This document shows, piece by piece, positions 27,221 through 41,730 of a stretch of DNA of 64,000 nt. Location: positions 1,984,001-2,048,000 of the forward strand of contig MU058213.1 of the NCBI GenBank assembly GCA_013265495.1. The letters run 5' to 3'. Source of the stretch: Vicugna vicugna. Lineage: Eukaryota. Positions within the stretch are counted from its first letter, which is position 1. Every line of letters begins with the position of its first letter. Position numbers and translations under genes: made by a program. The notes below the pieces were generated by a model that saw nothing but the letters and a program-made list of their open reading frames with translations, had not been told where the DNA came from and did no database searches.

Positions 27221-28724
27221 CTGGAAAACCAAATACCAAGTAATGAAAAAGGGACTTTTGTTCAAGAAATAGTCCTGAGATTTTCTTTTATAAATTTTTA
27301 ATGTAAGGAAACTACATAAAACTAAAGGTAGGCAGTTGACTAAGAAAATTAATGAACAATCCTTGAACTATCTCGAAAGGCAAGTGCCTCATTATAACCC
27401 AGGTCATGCTTCTGACAGAACACTAAAGCTGCTGTTCAAAGTCTACTAATTTCTTAAGGATGTTAACAAGTTGCCAATTCCAGTGCCATGAAATAGCAAA
27501 CTCTGTTCTCAAGAAGTGAACAATTCATACATTTTGTCTCAGAACATTACTGATGTCCTTTACAATAGCATGACCAAGTCTAGTATAAAAGAAAAGCCAA
27601 GTTTCACAGAATATTTTTGCTTTAAAGGATAGAGATTACCTAGTTCCACTGCTTTGTTTTACAGATAAAGTATCTGAGGCTCAGAGAGGTTAAGTGTCTT
27701 GAATCCAAGTGTGAAGAAACACAGCGTAATATTTAAGAACCTAGCTTTGCTGTTAAAGAAACCTGGCTTTGTTTTTCTGGGTCTGTCACTTACTAGATGT
27801 ATCACAATGGACAACTAGCTTTTTCCCTCTAAGGGAGCAGCATCTGAAAAACTGGGGTAATAATAGCATTTACTTCACATAAGACTGTTGTGTGGAATAG
27901 TAAGATAATGTCAATAATTTCTTAGCACTGGCACTTGGTAGGAACTGGGTATTTTCATAGCAGAGCTACTCTAGAACACAGGCTTAGTGATACCTAGTTT
28001 CCATACTGCTTCTTCCTTAGCTAAACCTAAAAAATCATTAGCTAAACCTAAAAAAAAAAAAAACTGGGGAGGGCCACAGACCACAAACTCTCTTTATCCA
28101 CATTGAAAACGAGTTTCAGTGAATCATTATTACTTCTATTAAAGAATCATTAGGTACTTCTACTCCATCAGGCACATACATCCTCACTTCGTATCGACTA
28201 GCAAACCTAGATGAATATTAATGCAGATGCTACAGGTCAAATGTAGGTTTCTGCTTGTTTTGGATAAGATAAAAAAAGCCTAGATAAAAAATGTTAAGGT
28301 TTTAAGCTTTTTTACTAGCTTTTAACAGCAGTCGTTGAGATGTACATCAGCACACTACCTCTCCTCTGTTCACTGCTACTCATGCCTCTGTTTTAATCAC
28401 TGAATCATTGAAAAGTCAGGAAAATTTAGTTAAGTAGCCAAAGTAATTGAGAACAACAGTAGGCAATGTAACAAAGTTTTGTTTTTGTTTTGTTTTTTTT
28501 AATTGAGATTTGGTCTCTGTCCTTAAGGACTTTGCAGCCTAGTAGGATCTATACAATAAAAAATGGTATACAAATTTACCTGTACAACCCCAAATCTCAA
28601 GCACCTGCTATATCTCCTTCCATTACATGAGAAAACTTACTGCATGATAGTCTTTGATAGGTATTCGCTGTTGCAACGCACAAAGATAAATAACACATTT
28701 GCATTTCTTTAACAAAAAATTAAA

Positions 28725-29340
28725 AATTTAAACAGGATGATATTATTTTCTCCTGACTGGCAAAAATTAAGAAGTTAAAATGCACAGAAAGTTGGCCAAG
28801 TTTGGAGGAAAAAGGCAATCTCATGAGCTGTTAGTGGACACACATGTATATGGATGTATGTTCTTTGGAGAACATTTTTAGATATATTTTCAAAATTAAA
28901 AATGTACGTAAATAAACGTTGACCTAGTAATTCTACTTCTGGGAATTAATACTATAGATATACCCAATATATATGTGCAAAGATAGTTAATTCTGCATTG
29001 TCTGTAGTAGCCAAAGATTAGAAAAACTTAAACGGCCATTAATAATCATTTAAAATGAAGTCATAGAGAATGTGCTCCAAAATATTTCATTAAGATTTAA
29101 GGACATTTTAGTAAAGTGTGTAGAATGTGGTTCTATTTGTACAAATAATTAAAAGAATATATACTGCTATGTTAGTATATGCTTTTATGTGCATAGAAAA
29201 TTTCAAAAAGTATATAAAGAAACTTATTAGCAGTTGCCTTTGGTGATATTTCTGGAGATCAAAGAAGGAGAGAAATGTATTTCTCATTGTATAACCTATT
29301 TGACTTTTTAAAAAAAACCCATGTGTGTTTTACTTTAACA
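28725..29340 (+). mobile_element. Ancient L1 (L1ME/MC-like) 3' fragment
   Basis: ttgacctagtaattctacttctgggaatt and gcattgtctgtagtagccaaagattagaaa motifs; highly diverged; ends approximate. Confidence 0.6.
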
Positions 29341-29463
29341 TTAAAACATGCACGAATTTATTAGCAAATGCCTAAAATTTTTTAAGCTTGAGCAATCTTC
29401 TTAGTATAGCTTATTACAGTTGAAGTTTAGATAAATAAACAGGGTCAAATAAAATTCAATGAC

Positions 29464-29709
29464 CTTTTAATAAAGAATTGCCTTCTAGAAGTCCTGCTTT
29501 GGCAGCATTCAAAGCCTGTGTAATGAAAATTGTCCCATCTTCACAGCCACATATTAGTTTATCATGACTTGGAACATACTCTGACGAAGTGACTACCGCA
29601 GTTCCAGTCCCATCTTTAAGCCCAGAGAAATGGTCAGTAATACTTTGTGACATGCTATGATGCTTATCAAAATTATCTTGAAGGGTCCAAGTGGCAGTTA
29701 TTGGTATCT
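29464..29709 (-). CDS. WDR72: WDR72 exon 11, 246 nt
   Basis: (E)[81 protein letters not shown]; acceptor cttTTAG|AGA; donor AAG|GTCATT. Confidence 0.95.
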
Positions 29710-31210
29710 CTAAAAGGAAAATACACGAAAAAGGAAAATTTGGTTTATAAATTCATCATAGATAGAGAAAATATTATCAAAACACTATACTGTGGGGGTA
29801 CATAGTGGACTTTAGGCAGAAAAGCTTTCCTGCCACCCATTTTCTTCACTCCAAATGCTATTTTATTGGTCCTCTTCAGGGAGCCTCAGAAGAATAGATG
29901 TGTATGAGTGCATTCATTTTAGACTTCGGTCAACTGAAAAGAATGGAGAAACTCCTGCAGTGATGCAAAATGGTAGAGCAATCTCACGAGTTCTCTGTTT
30001 GCCTTAATGAATAGAGAATGTGAAGAAGGAAGACTAGGGGTCTATTAGTTGTGTGGGGTAAAGGGAAGACATTTTTTTCTTTAAATGTCAAGGATATGAA
30101 TACTTAAAAATCATACCAAGCCTCCAAGCAACTACCTGCAGCTACCAAGAGCACTGGTTATCATTTGATACGCTGGCCACCCCAGCACATGAACTGGGCT
30201 GCAGGTGGGCTCAGGAAATGAGAGGCTTGGCATCCCAGAGCAACTTAAAGCCAATCTACCTATCTAGGAAGGGGCCTCCCTGACCTTGCAGTACACATGT
30301 CACAGTGACTGTGAAAACCTTGAGCCCAAACCTTAAAACTAGCACCAAGAGCTATCACAGACATTTATGGCTCTAATTATAAAGAAAGTTGACTAGATAC
30401 TTAGTTCTGCTGCTGGAAGGAGGGCAGACATGACAATTCCCAGAGCCACCACCAAGTGGCCTCCACAGGGGGCATGGTATGCTTTTTAACTCTTAAAATT
30501 GTAAGAAACTTTCCCACACACTGTACCCAGTTCTAAGTCTGTTTCTTGACTCATTTCTTATTAATCTAGCTCTACTATGAACCATTTAAAGACATTTGGG
30601 ACAGGGACACTTAAAGTTATACCAGTGAATTTGTTAACTAATGGAAACTTGTACTTAGAGTGCAAGTACTGGGGGCTGTGTTTCTGCTGTGCCCCAGACA
30701 GTGACTCACAGAGATGCCTCACCGACTCTGGAACAGGGGGAAAGGAGCAAGATGAGGTTCCTCAGTTTGGAATACACAGTCTCAGGAATTTGAAAGTTCT
30801 CCACAATAATATTTACTTTGTTTTATATTCTAAGAAAAATTAAAACAAGCAAATGCTAAATCATCTAATCATTCAAACTGGCAAATGTTTTAGTGCCTAA
30901 ATGTACATCTGTGCTTACAATTTCAAGCAGCTTTAATAATCTGAGTAGAGAATTTGGTTGAAAAAGGGTACAGGACACAGACATGAAAAATCCCAAAATA
31001 TGAATATGGTCTGTCAGTCTGTTCTATACTCATATTGCCAACATTCATTTCAATTCAGTAAAATGTCATTCATGTTAAATTGATGTTAATTTGAATTATA
31101 TTGGTCACATTGTTGCTTATAAGCATCATGTTTATACCTACTTTTATGTTGGCATCTAATGCATAGTGGTACATGAGAACTTTTCTTGTTTTATAGCCTC
31201 ATGTTACTCA

Positions 31211-31537
<327 letters not shown>

Positions 31538-31883
31538 CTAAATTATTTCCATTTATTTCTGACTGTTTCAAAATTTTCAGGTAAATTAAGTGAAATAATC
31601 TCTCACTCAAGACAAACAAGTTTCTATAAAATAAGAAGCAAAGTCATCAGCTACACTTCAGAGAATTAATAAGAATATCTACCATTTATTGAACATATTC
31701 TGTGAATGTATTACACATACTGTTAGGAGATTTGCGTGTATTTAGTTAAATGGTCCTCATGATAATCCTGAGAAGTTGGTATTATCATTGTCTTCACTTT
31801 ACAGATGAATACTCTGAGAAGGAAGTGGTTAATTTATCTAAGGTGATGTAAGGTCCAGTAATTTTGACTCAAGAACTCATGTC

Positions 31884-32019
31884 TTTTTTTTTTAATTTAG
31901 AGAATACTTTATTAGTTTCTGTAATCAAACCCATGTAGATAAGACCTTACATATTTAATACAGTGAGTTACCCCTACACAAATGGAAAGAATTATGTTTA
32001 GCCTTTCTAGACCAATATG
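31884..32019 (-). pseudogene. Putative 5'-truncated retrocopy of an mRNA 3' end inserted in a MIR
   Basis: Minus strand ends ...gaaactAATAAAgtattctctaaatt-A10; degenerate flanking duplication aagaactcatgtctt / aagagcctaaatctt; parent gene not identified. Confidence 0.6.
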
Positions 32020-35000
32020 AAGAGCCTAAATCTTGATGACAAGGCTCTACTGTCCACTAAGGAGGCCTGATTTCTTTATGATCCCTTCAGTTCAAACTGT
32101 CAGTTAAAACAGCAACAGCTCATATTTGTATGGTAATTTTGTGGTATTAATACACTTTCTACTTTCTGTTGACCATTTTTCAGATTTAATATACTTGATT
32201 TCAAATTTCCCAAATGGTCACAAAGAAAAATGAGCCTATGTTTTATGTATGTGTGTGTGTGTGTGTGTGAGATATTAATATAAGTGAATATATGTTATAA
32301 TTTATATAAATATATTATATATTTATGTATATAAAGACATAATTTTGCTGAGGCAGAATATAAATATTGGGCACCACAGCTCTGGAAGACACACTTTCAC
32401 TAGTGAATGAGTCTCGAATCTCCCTAGGACCTCAGTGCAGAGTAAATGTTCTCTGGGCACACTTGTATAGAGAAATTGAAATGATTGATTAGAAAAACAA
32501 GAAAAAAGCCCTCCTTTATGTATAAATAAAAAGCACCCTGAAAAGAAAGCCAAGTTCCAGTGCTAGAATTAATGAAGTCTAAGAAAGTGTTTGAAGGTCC
32601 AGGCTTAAATATTTTAGAGGGAAAATTCTATCATGTATCTTCAGAGACAATTAAAGGCCAAAATATTGCTACATTTAATGCTCACAACAAAGCTACAAAG
32701 TAAATAAACACTGTTACTATTTCTGTTACAGAGATAAGTAAACTAAGAAAGAGAATAAGAAGCTAATTCTCAAGACCATGCAATCAAGATATGGAATCCT
32801 CTATTGTCCCAAGAAACAAGAGCATTGAAGAGAAAACAGTTCCAATGAAGTGAGTTCTTGGAATTTTTCTTCTTCTTTTTTTTTTTAAGATTCAGAAGGC
32901 ACTTTGGGATCTCATATTTCTGTTCTCAGGGCCATCATTTTTGTGTGTTAGAGATGTGTTGATAAGATGTTGTCAGAATGACTTTTCAAACTCTCTCAAC
33001 CTTTGGGGACCTTAGAATTCACCAGTCCAACTCTCTCCTGACTCTGCTATGAGGGTGAAGTTCCAGAGAGGCCGGGCAGCGCTCAGGTAGGGGGCTGCAC
33101 AGCTCCTCCCTCCCAGCGACATGTGCTGCCTCTCCAGCCCACGATCCCCGTGCTGCTGTCTTCCCCTCCACCTGCACTTCTGTATTCCCATTCCTAACTT
33201 GCTTACACTCACTCCTTGACACCTCAGTCCTCCTCCTTTCCAGCAGTTCCCTCTCTGCTCTACTCTTCACCTGAAAACTCCCTCAGCTCCTTACCGTGTA
33301 AAGTCATAATTTTTTCATCACAGTACCCTGTACTCATCACAGGAAGGACCCATCCTCCAAGAGGCAATTAAGTAGTCATCAAGAGTGAATTCTCTTGGGC
33401 TAACTGCCTGGATTCAAATCCTGGTTTTAGCACATACTAACTCTATTAGAAGAGCCAACTACGTCTTTATTCCTTTGATAACTACGTAAGTTTAAAAAGC
33501 TAAAGATCTAATCTGTTCTTAGAAACAATAATTAGTACATATACATAAACTAAAAAAAATGTGCAGTATACTGTATATCTGTATTTACATGCAAAAAAAA
33601 AAAGCCAACTGCTTGATTTAGGCAGTTTACTTAACCTTGCTGTATCTTGTTCTCCCTAAGTGTGAAAGAATGCTAATAAATGAAAGCACCTACTATATGG
33701 GACTACTGTCAGGATTAATGAGTTGATAAAGGTAAGGTGTTTAGAATGGCATGAGGCATTTGGTACATACTCAATAAACAGTAACCATTCTTATTATCCA
33801 TTCTCAAAACAAGTGGGGAACTTACTCTGAAGTCTGTTCCCAGACTCTGGGGTTAAACTTCCTGAGTTCAAATGCTGTGAATTAACCTCTCTGAACATCA
33901 ATTTCAAAATGGGGTCATGGTGAAAACTCATGTAAATGAGGCAGTGTGTATGTTTAACAATACTAAGGACTCAAAAAAAGTTACTTTACCATCATCATTG
34001 CTGTCATTACTCTTAGTTCACACACCCAAATTCCTTATCTGCCCAACCCTCAGGTTGTTTCTATCCCATCGACTCCCATCTCAGCACTGCAGTCTTACTT
34101 CACAGCTAGGGCCCTGGGAAGCCCAGTTTCTCGTCTTGGCATCCAGGACTCATGCCCCAGGCTCTGGTGATCATTAGCTATGATTTGAAGCTAAGGAGAC
34201 TCTCATGAAGCTACTGGAATTAAGGAGGAGTCCCCATTTTTGCTACTGTAACTCCATCAGCAGGTAGGTTTCTGACATCACATGAGAATATGTTACTGTC
34301 AAACACTGAGATTTAATTCTGCAGCGTCAGTCCAAAAAACGTTTACAGAGCATGATTTTCTAAGTTCACTGTATCAATCAAACTCACCTCCCTACCACCA
34401 AAATGCCTTCATTACCTTGTAACTGCAGGAGACACTAAGAAGTCTTGTATTTAGTGAATATTGACAGTTTGAATTGGTTTATTAGCTGGATAAAGGGCAA
34501 GCAAGAATCTAAGGATGGGGAGACAGCTTTTTTTAGTTTCAGATTATTCTATTCGTATTTCACTGGCTTCCAAGTACTTCCCACTTTTATGATACAGAAA
34601 CAACTGTACTTGTCTAAACAAGAATTATGGTATTGATAGAAGACTCACAAATCTGTGCCTTCACATTTTGAGAAACAAGCAAGATGGCTTCCCGTAAGAT
34701 CAGTATTTTTAAAGTTAATTGTAATTGTTCTTTCCCCTCATAGTTATGTATAGCATTGATACTTGTCGTAGGTGAGAAGCTCCTAAAGGACACTACTTAA
34801 TATTTAGCTTTTATGTTAAACTGTGCTTTATAAAAATGCATTCAGGAGCTAAAAAGGAAGAAAGGGCAGGTGTTTTTTAAAAAAAATAGCTAAAAATGCC
34901 TTTCTGAGCAAGTCACAATACCGCTTTGGCAATCAATAGCAAATCAGGGCTCTACTGCCACCCATAAATGACTTTAGAAATAGTGTTTGGTACTGTAACT

Positions 35001-36069
35001 CTAAAGTTTGCCTATGCCCCAGTGGCACTTGGAGTTTTAATTTTTGGTTGACAGCTTCTTGATAATCAAGCTTTTGCAATAAAACCTCACAGATACGTTA
35101 AGGAGGTAATACTGAACCATAGGATTTGCAACAGCTATGCTGCGTAATTAAGCAAGCCATCACTGTAAAAAGTAACATGCTTCATTGTTGACACATCAAT
35201 AATTCAGAACTCCTCCATTCTCCATGAAATACTTTTTTGGATAATTAACTGATGACTCTATCCAACAGGTTAAAAAAAACACTTTGGTTGACACTACTGA
35301 AATAAAATAACTGTTTAAATTTTCAGGCTTCATGGAGTGTCAAATATACAGTTCAATCAAGTAAAAGCTCACAATTACATCCTCAACTCGCTGCCAGAAA
35401 TCATAATTATATTTGTTTTAACAAGAAAATTTATTCAGAGGAATAACAAACTACAAGTGAAAATGATCTCAATATACAGTGAAATGAAAAAAATGGATAT
35501 AAACCATTTGATAAAGTTTAAAAATTGGAGTAGATACATCAAAATGTTAATAACTTTGTATTAAACCATCTACCAAAAGGGTCAGTGAAAAAAATGTGTG
35601 AGTATGTACATATATAGAGAGAGAGAAAGAGAAGAAATTAATATGGCAAATGTTGACAACTGGTGAATCTAGGTAAAGGGTATATGACTGATCACTGTAC
35701 TATTCTCAAACCTTTCAAATATTTGAAAAATTTCCAATTAAAATAAGTAATTGCATAAAGTAAAAAATATTTATAGTGAATATTTATGGAGGTAAAGTTA
35801 GGAATTTTAATTCCTCTCTTTTTAAACATTTATAATTTTTCTATAATAAATATGTATTGTTCAGTTAATTAGACTTAAAAAATAGATTTTTTAAAGGCAA
35901 AGTGTTCTCTTTAGTAGCCATTAACAATTAGATTTGATTTTATCATTAACAACTTGATGTGATTCTTCAATTCAATTTTTTCAAGCCTGATTCTGTTACA
36001 GACAAAGCAACACTTATCTGAGAAACGGAGTGAAACAGCTTTGAGGCAGTCACTCTTTTCTTGCATTAC

Positions 36070-36166
36070 CTTATTTTCCTGCCCAGATGTAGAGCACAGT
36101 AAATGAGGATAAATGGTCTCTGTAAGCACTCTTCCATCAGCAGGGTATATGCTTTTTGAAAGCCCA
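36070..36166 (-). CDS. WDR72: WDR72 exon 9, 97 nt
   Basis: (S)[32 protein letters not shown]; acceptor acgCAG|TGG; donor AAG|GTAATG. Confidence 0.95.
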
Positions 36167-36546
36167 CTGCGTAGCGAAAAATAAAAAGCAAAGTTTAGAA
36201 CTTTGGGGTTTTTTATTTGTTTTTTTCCTTTCCCGCTTTCAAAAGCCGGATGGTACCATTCAAGTTTCTAAACTCTAGTTAGAAATTGTTGGGTTAATAA
36301 TTACAAGTGACTTTTTGAAAACCCAGCACCAGCTGTACAAGTTATACATGGTTAATCTCATTCCTTCATCCCCTGCTGTTTTATACAAAGGCCGAAGCCT
36401 ACCAAGCCTAGAGTAAATCTTCTGGTGCCAAAGTTGTTTTGTTCTGGTTTTTGATCATGGCAGCGTGCAGGGATTTTTCCATAATAAACCTCCCAAAGTT
36501 CATTTGCTACCTGAATGTTTTGTATTCTGCTCCCATCTGAGCCCAC

Positions 36547-36692
36547 CTGTTCAGCAGCTGATAGATATAACTGTGACCATCTTCTGTCCAGATGATGATC
36601 CTGTGAGCAGCAAGCACCTCTCCACCAGCAAACAACTGCCTGCTCCCACTAACTTCAGTCCAAAGAAGGGAAAAATCACAATAATCGTAAAC
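36547..36692 (-). CDS. WDR72: WDR72 exon 8, 146 nt
   Basis: [48 protein letters not shown](S); acceptor tttTAG|GTT; donor CAG|GTGGGC. Confidence 0.95.
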
Positions 36693-37660
36693 CTAAAATA
36701 TGGAATTAATGATGCATGTTAACAAAAGCTTCCAATCTAGTTTGCCAAGGAAATGAAACAAATTATGGTTATCAAGGCTGTTTAGATGACAATGTTGATG
36801 CAACAACATATTATTAATAACAGGCCACACTGCACTTATGTACCAAGATAACATTTTACCGGTGCTTACTTTTCTCACATTTAACCTAGGGTAGGTATCA
36901 GTGGATAAACTTTATCTGATGTATCATTCCAGAATGTGCCTATTAAGCACAGAGACCAAAAATCCCAAATTTTCTGTGTAATTTTATTAATTCCATATGG
37001 ATAGTCAAACTTAAACATTTGAAAATTTATCACACACAAAAAAGTTTATGCACTAAAAATCTTTTGTTAGATCATGTACTGTACATTTTTGTTCAAAGAT
37101 ATATTATCAGCCTCTAAGTAAGACAATATAGGTTTATTAACTGAGCCAAGTATATGAAACTTTAAAGGAAAAAAGAATGCTATCAAGTGATAGTAACTTA
37201 GCTTTTCTTTCTTCTTGGAGAAGTTAGTAAATACATTCACAAGAAAGGAATGCATATTCTCTAAAAATAAATATAGTGATAAAACAGGAAAAGAAAAAAA
37301 ATCTAAAAATAAGACCAATGTATGTAGGTGAAAAATATTAGTTTTCTTTTAAATTCTAAAGTGCATGTATCAACTTTTTAAAATAATCTGAGATAAATGC
37401 TCATTATTATTATGGTTTGTTATTAATAAAATTAGTATATACTTTATATATACAATATCCTGGCATACAAAACTGCTAAATGCAGGGAGAGGAAAACTGA
37501 TAGAAGTCAGTCAGAAAAGACAAGTCATTCATTGCTGTGGTATTAATAGCATAAAGAGTTTGTATCATAGTTAAAATATATTCTGATAATTATTGCACTA
37601 GAGGTAAAAATCAAATTACATGTGTATATCCCTTGTATTTATTATGTTATTTCAGAGTAC

Positions 37661-37780
37661 CTTCCAACATTTAGAAAATACCACCAGTAGAAGTCTCTCT
37701 GTATATGTGCAAAATCGTATTGTCTGGCAGTTCAGGCAGTTGAGAAATTTGGATTCCTTTTCATAAACGTCTTTCTTTTC
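37661..37780 (-). CDS. WDR72: WDR72 exon 7, 120 nt
   Basis: [40 protein letters not shown]; acceptor ttttgAAG|GAA; donor AAG|GTACTC. Confidence 0.94.
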
Positions 37781-38812
37781 CTTCAAAAGGAGTAACAACA
37801 TTTTATTAGTAACAGTTCTGTGTAATTTATATGAAATTGTATGAGAAGACTGCTCCCCTGTAAACCTGAAGTAGATCACACCATTATTATTTTAAAAAGT
37901 ATCCCATTTTCCTTTTGAGTTTTCTGAACTAAGAAATTACTTTGCAAAAGAAACTGTGAAGAGGAAACCCATTCTAATTCAAGGATTTGTTATACACAAG
38001 CAACTAACAAAACATCCTGTCGGGGAATATGCTGCAGAATACTGAAAATGTAAAGATACGAAGGAGTTACTGCTTTTCAGACGTGGCAGAAAGATAAGAC
38101 AAAAAAGTAAAAGAATTTTTTAAAATCCCTGTACTATCTTAATTGTTAAAATAGAAAAACAAAATGCTTTGAAAAAACAAAAGAGTGGACAGCACAGAAC
38201 ACCTAGAATACTGTGTTCTCAAGTTTCTAATGATGCTGTGTGTGTGTTTCTTGGGGTCAGTATTGCCAACACAATTCCCAGGCTTTCCCAACCAAGAAAT
38301 TCTGAAAGATAGCTCCAGAGCATGGGGCAGTCAAAACAGTTTTGTCACTAGCACAATCACTATGACAATTGTTTTGTCCATCACCTTGACTTGTAGCCTG
38401 ATGCCAGGGAGCAGGTGAATATACTGGGCCCCAAGTGTATGTTACCCCCAGTTATTCATTGTAATCTCCCCACAATAGCCACAGCTCACACATACCCAGA
38501 AGAAAGGGGGTCTTCTGTTGTAACGGACAGAGAAATATATCCTATGATGGATTTTTTAAAATTAAACCGTAATTAGTGTTTGTTGGTGTTGTAGATAAAA
38601 ACATTTGTATATACACAGAGAAAAGTCTGGAAAGATACCATCCAATTGTTACCAATGCCCACCCCTTGGAAGAGAGATAGGAAAAATACATGGAGGAAAA
38701 AATTTTGCACTTTCTACATCATTTGGAATTTTAAAAATGAGAAGGTAACACCCTTATAATTTAAAAATGTTCAATATATATGCTTGAAATTGGAGAATAA
38801 AGCGTAGTTTCA

Positions 38813-38959
<147 letters not shown>

Positions 38960-39564
38960 TTATTTCATAGTCATCTAAGGGTTATGCAGAACTATGCAGG
39001 TAGAAAATATCCAGGTTTTTTTTTTTAATAAAAAATAAACATCTTAGATCACATTTTGAATCTGTTCTAAAATTTCAGAGTGACTCCCATGTAGAAGGAG
39101 ACGACCACTAAAAGCAGAACCACATTGCAAGCCATCATGCTGGCAATATTAATTGCACCTTCCTATCTCACAAATAAGTAAGGAGCCCGCCTTCCCTCCT
39201 TACAGAAACTGAAAAGTCACTCATCACAGAAACTGAATTCTCTTCATTACTACGTCCAGAAGATACAGCAGGGCAAAGCCAAGAGTCCTGCTAATCCACA
39301 ACAAACACCTGCTTGTCACTCTTAAAATGTATCAAGCAGAACTGGGTCATGGAAACGCAGAGTCTCCTTTTCCCACTTCATCTTGAACTCTTGCTGACTT
39401 CCCAATATTTTGAACCACTGGAATGGCTGTTCCCAGTTTTTCGTGATCTGGCTTAGAGAGCTATCTCCACCAACAGATAAACATACAGAAGCATTCTGAA
39501 CTCTTGCCCAATAATTTAACAAATAGCTCAAAAAAAAATCTCTTAGATAATAGCTAACTATTAC

Positions 39565-39739
39565 CTTGAATTCTCATGGAATGAACAATGCACATGCAGT
39601 TGATCCAATCAGGAGACTGAGACGATGTGAAAGTGTGAATAATAACCAAACTTTTGGCATCAATTATAAGAATATCTTGGTATTCTCCACAACATAGAAG
39701 CCAGCCTTCTCCTGTCATCCGGAATGAGCAGTGGTAATA
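39565..39739 (-). CDS. WDR72: WDR72 exon 5, 175 nt
   Basis: [58 protein letters not shown](E); acceptor gcaTAG|TAT; donor AAG|GTAATA. Confidence 0.95.
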
Positions 39740-40722
39740 CTATGCAAGTGGAATTCAAAGCAAAAATTTCATTATCACTAGCAGTTAACGTAATTTTGCC
39801 TGTGGTGAAGACTTCTCTGGATTTTAGTCTTATCATCTATTCAATTAAGATACTAGGCTGCATAGCAACTAAAATTTCTTTTAGTTCAATTATTTCATAA
39901 TTCTAAAGTGTTAATTTTACACTTTATCTCACTTGCATGTCATCATTTTTCTGGAGAAGGGGGATCTTTAGGGAAGAGCTAATCTTATTGCAAATCATGA
40001 AAAGCTCACAATTAAATTAATTCTGGAATGCTATGTAGAACTAAACAACCACAAAAATCAGGTTCCTTATCCTAGCAATACTGCTACATGTTAAGAAGAA
40101 AGAAAAATGTCCGAAGAGTGTTTGAGGAATTCTTGTGCCAAATAAATTTGAGAATGACTTTTATTAAAGATTGAATAATATAATCTACTCTTGACAAGCT
40201 CTCTCACTATGCAGGTTTTGATCCCAGAAAGAAGTTCATGAATGTTTCAATGCAAGTCATCAGTGCTAAAAGCAATACGTACAATATAAAAAACAGTGTC
40301 AGTACCATGGGAATCATGCAACTACTTTATTTGTATGTTTGGAGTCCATCTACCAAAAGCCAAAATCTCTTTTATGGCTATGCCTCTTGCTCTATTTTCA
40401 TAAATAAGAAGTTTAGGAATTAAGGACTTATCCACCCCCAAAAGCTTAAAATTGGAAAGAAAATTTTTTTCTTTATTAAACAGTACGTCAATAAAACAAA
40501 ATCATTTTGTGTGTATGTCACTGTGTGTGCTTTGTGAGTGTAACCAAGGAAAAATAAGGAAATTGTCTTTCAAATTTTTCTGTGTTAGAAAAATACAGAA
40601 AATAAAAGAAAGAATAAGATAAAAAAAATGGTTGGATAGTTACTTTGGGAAAAGAAAAAAATCTCAAAATAGCAGATGATAAGTGACACTCTTTAAGTGA
40701 CATTTCTTTAAATGTGTCCTTA

Positions 40723-40881
<159 letters not shown>

Positions 40882-41730
40882 TTATTCTCTGTCATTTCCA
40901 CTCAATTGGCTGGAATAATTCTTGTGCCACCAAGTTTTTCTTTAGTGCTGCACTTAAATGCAGCCTGATCGTTTATGTGGCTTTTTGTTACAGGTTACTG
41001 GGCAAGAAAATGTTGTGGTCATTAGCAGGGATGACATTCTGTATCCGTGTCTTTTTGTTTAGGTAATTACACCCTGCCACCAGCCTACAAAACTTACTCA
41101 AGTGTCAACCTGACCTACAACAAATTGTGGGGGTACAGCTATCAGAGCCTGTGAGAGTGACAGTACAGCAATCTTTCCATGGAAACTGCATCCTCTTGAA
41201 AATGGCTCATTTCATGGAATTTAAACTACATATTCTGAAAAGTGTAATGCATCGTGTTGCATCTTCTGGAACTCAGGTATCATTTTTGTAAAAATAAACA
41301 GTGCCACCAAGAGGCCACACTTGGTCTATCATTGATATGCTTTATTTTTTTGCTTCTCCTGAAAGCATCCTTGCCACTAAATATTTAGAAAACTCTGACT
41401 TGGCTATATATATGGTACAAAGATATAGATACAGTTATGAAATACAGTTACAAATACAACTGGCATAGGGTAGTTTTAATCTGTATGATTTCAGTTCACA
41501 AAAACTGGAATGGCTGTTTCAGAGTTGTTTGGTAATATTCTTCAGTTTTGATAGTTTCAACAAAAAAGCAAAATTTTCTGTGGAAGAAAAATGAACACTT
41601 TATTGGCTTAAAAGGAGAGCTGCTATTAAGAAGCAAACGATATGGACTAATAATGATAAATGCTCTATGCATTTGGTGTTTGCTGATTTTTTTGTTCTTT
41701 TAGCCAAACACTGGAAATTAATCTTTAAGT

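Noticed and set aside
29458..29466. Non-consensus donor tails (exon 11 GTCATT; also exon 6 GTTGGC and exon 7 GTACTC)
   Set aside because: All keep the GT and a strong exonic AG; within normal variation, with no evidence of mis-splicing.
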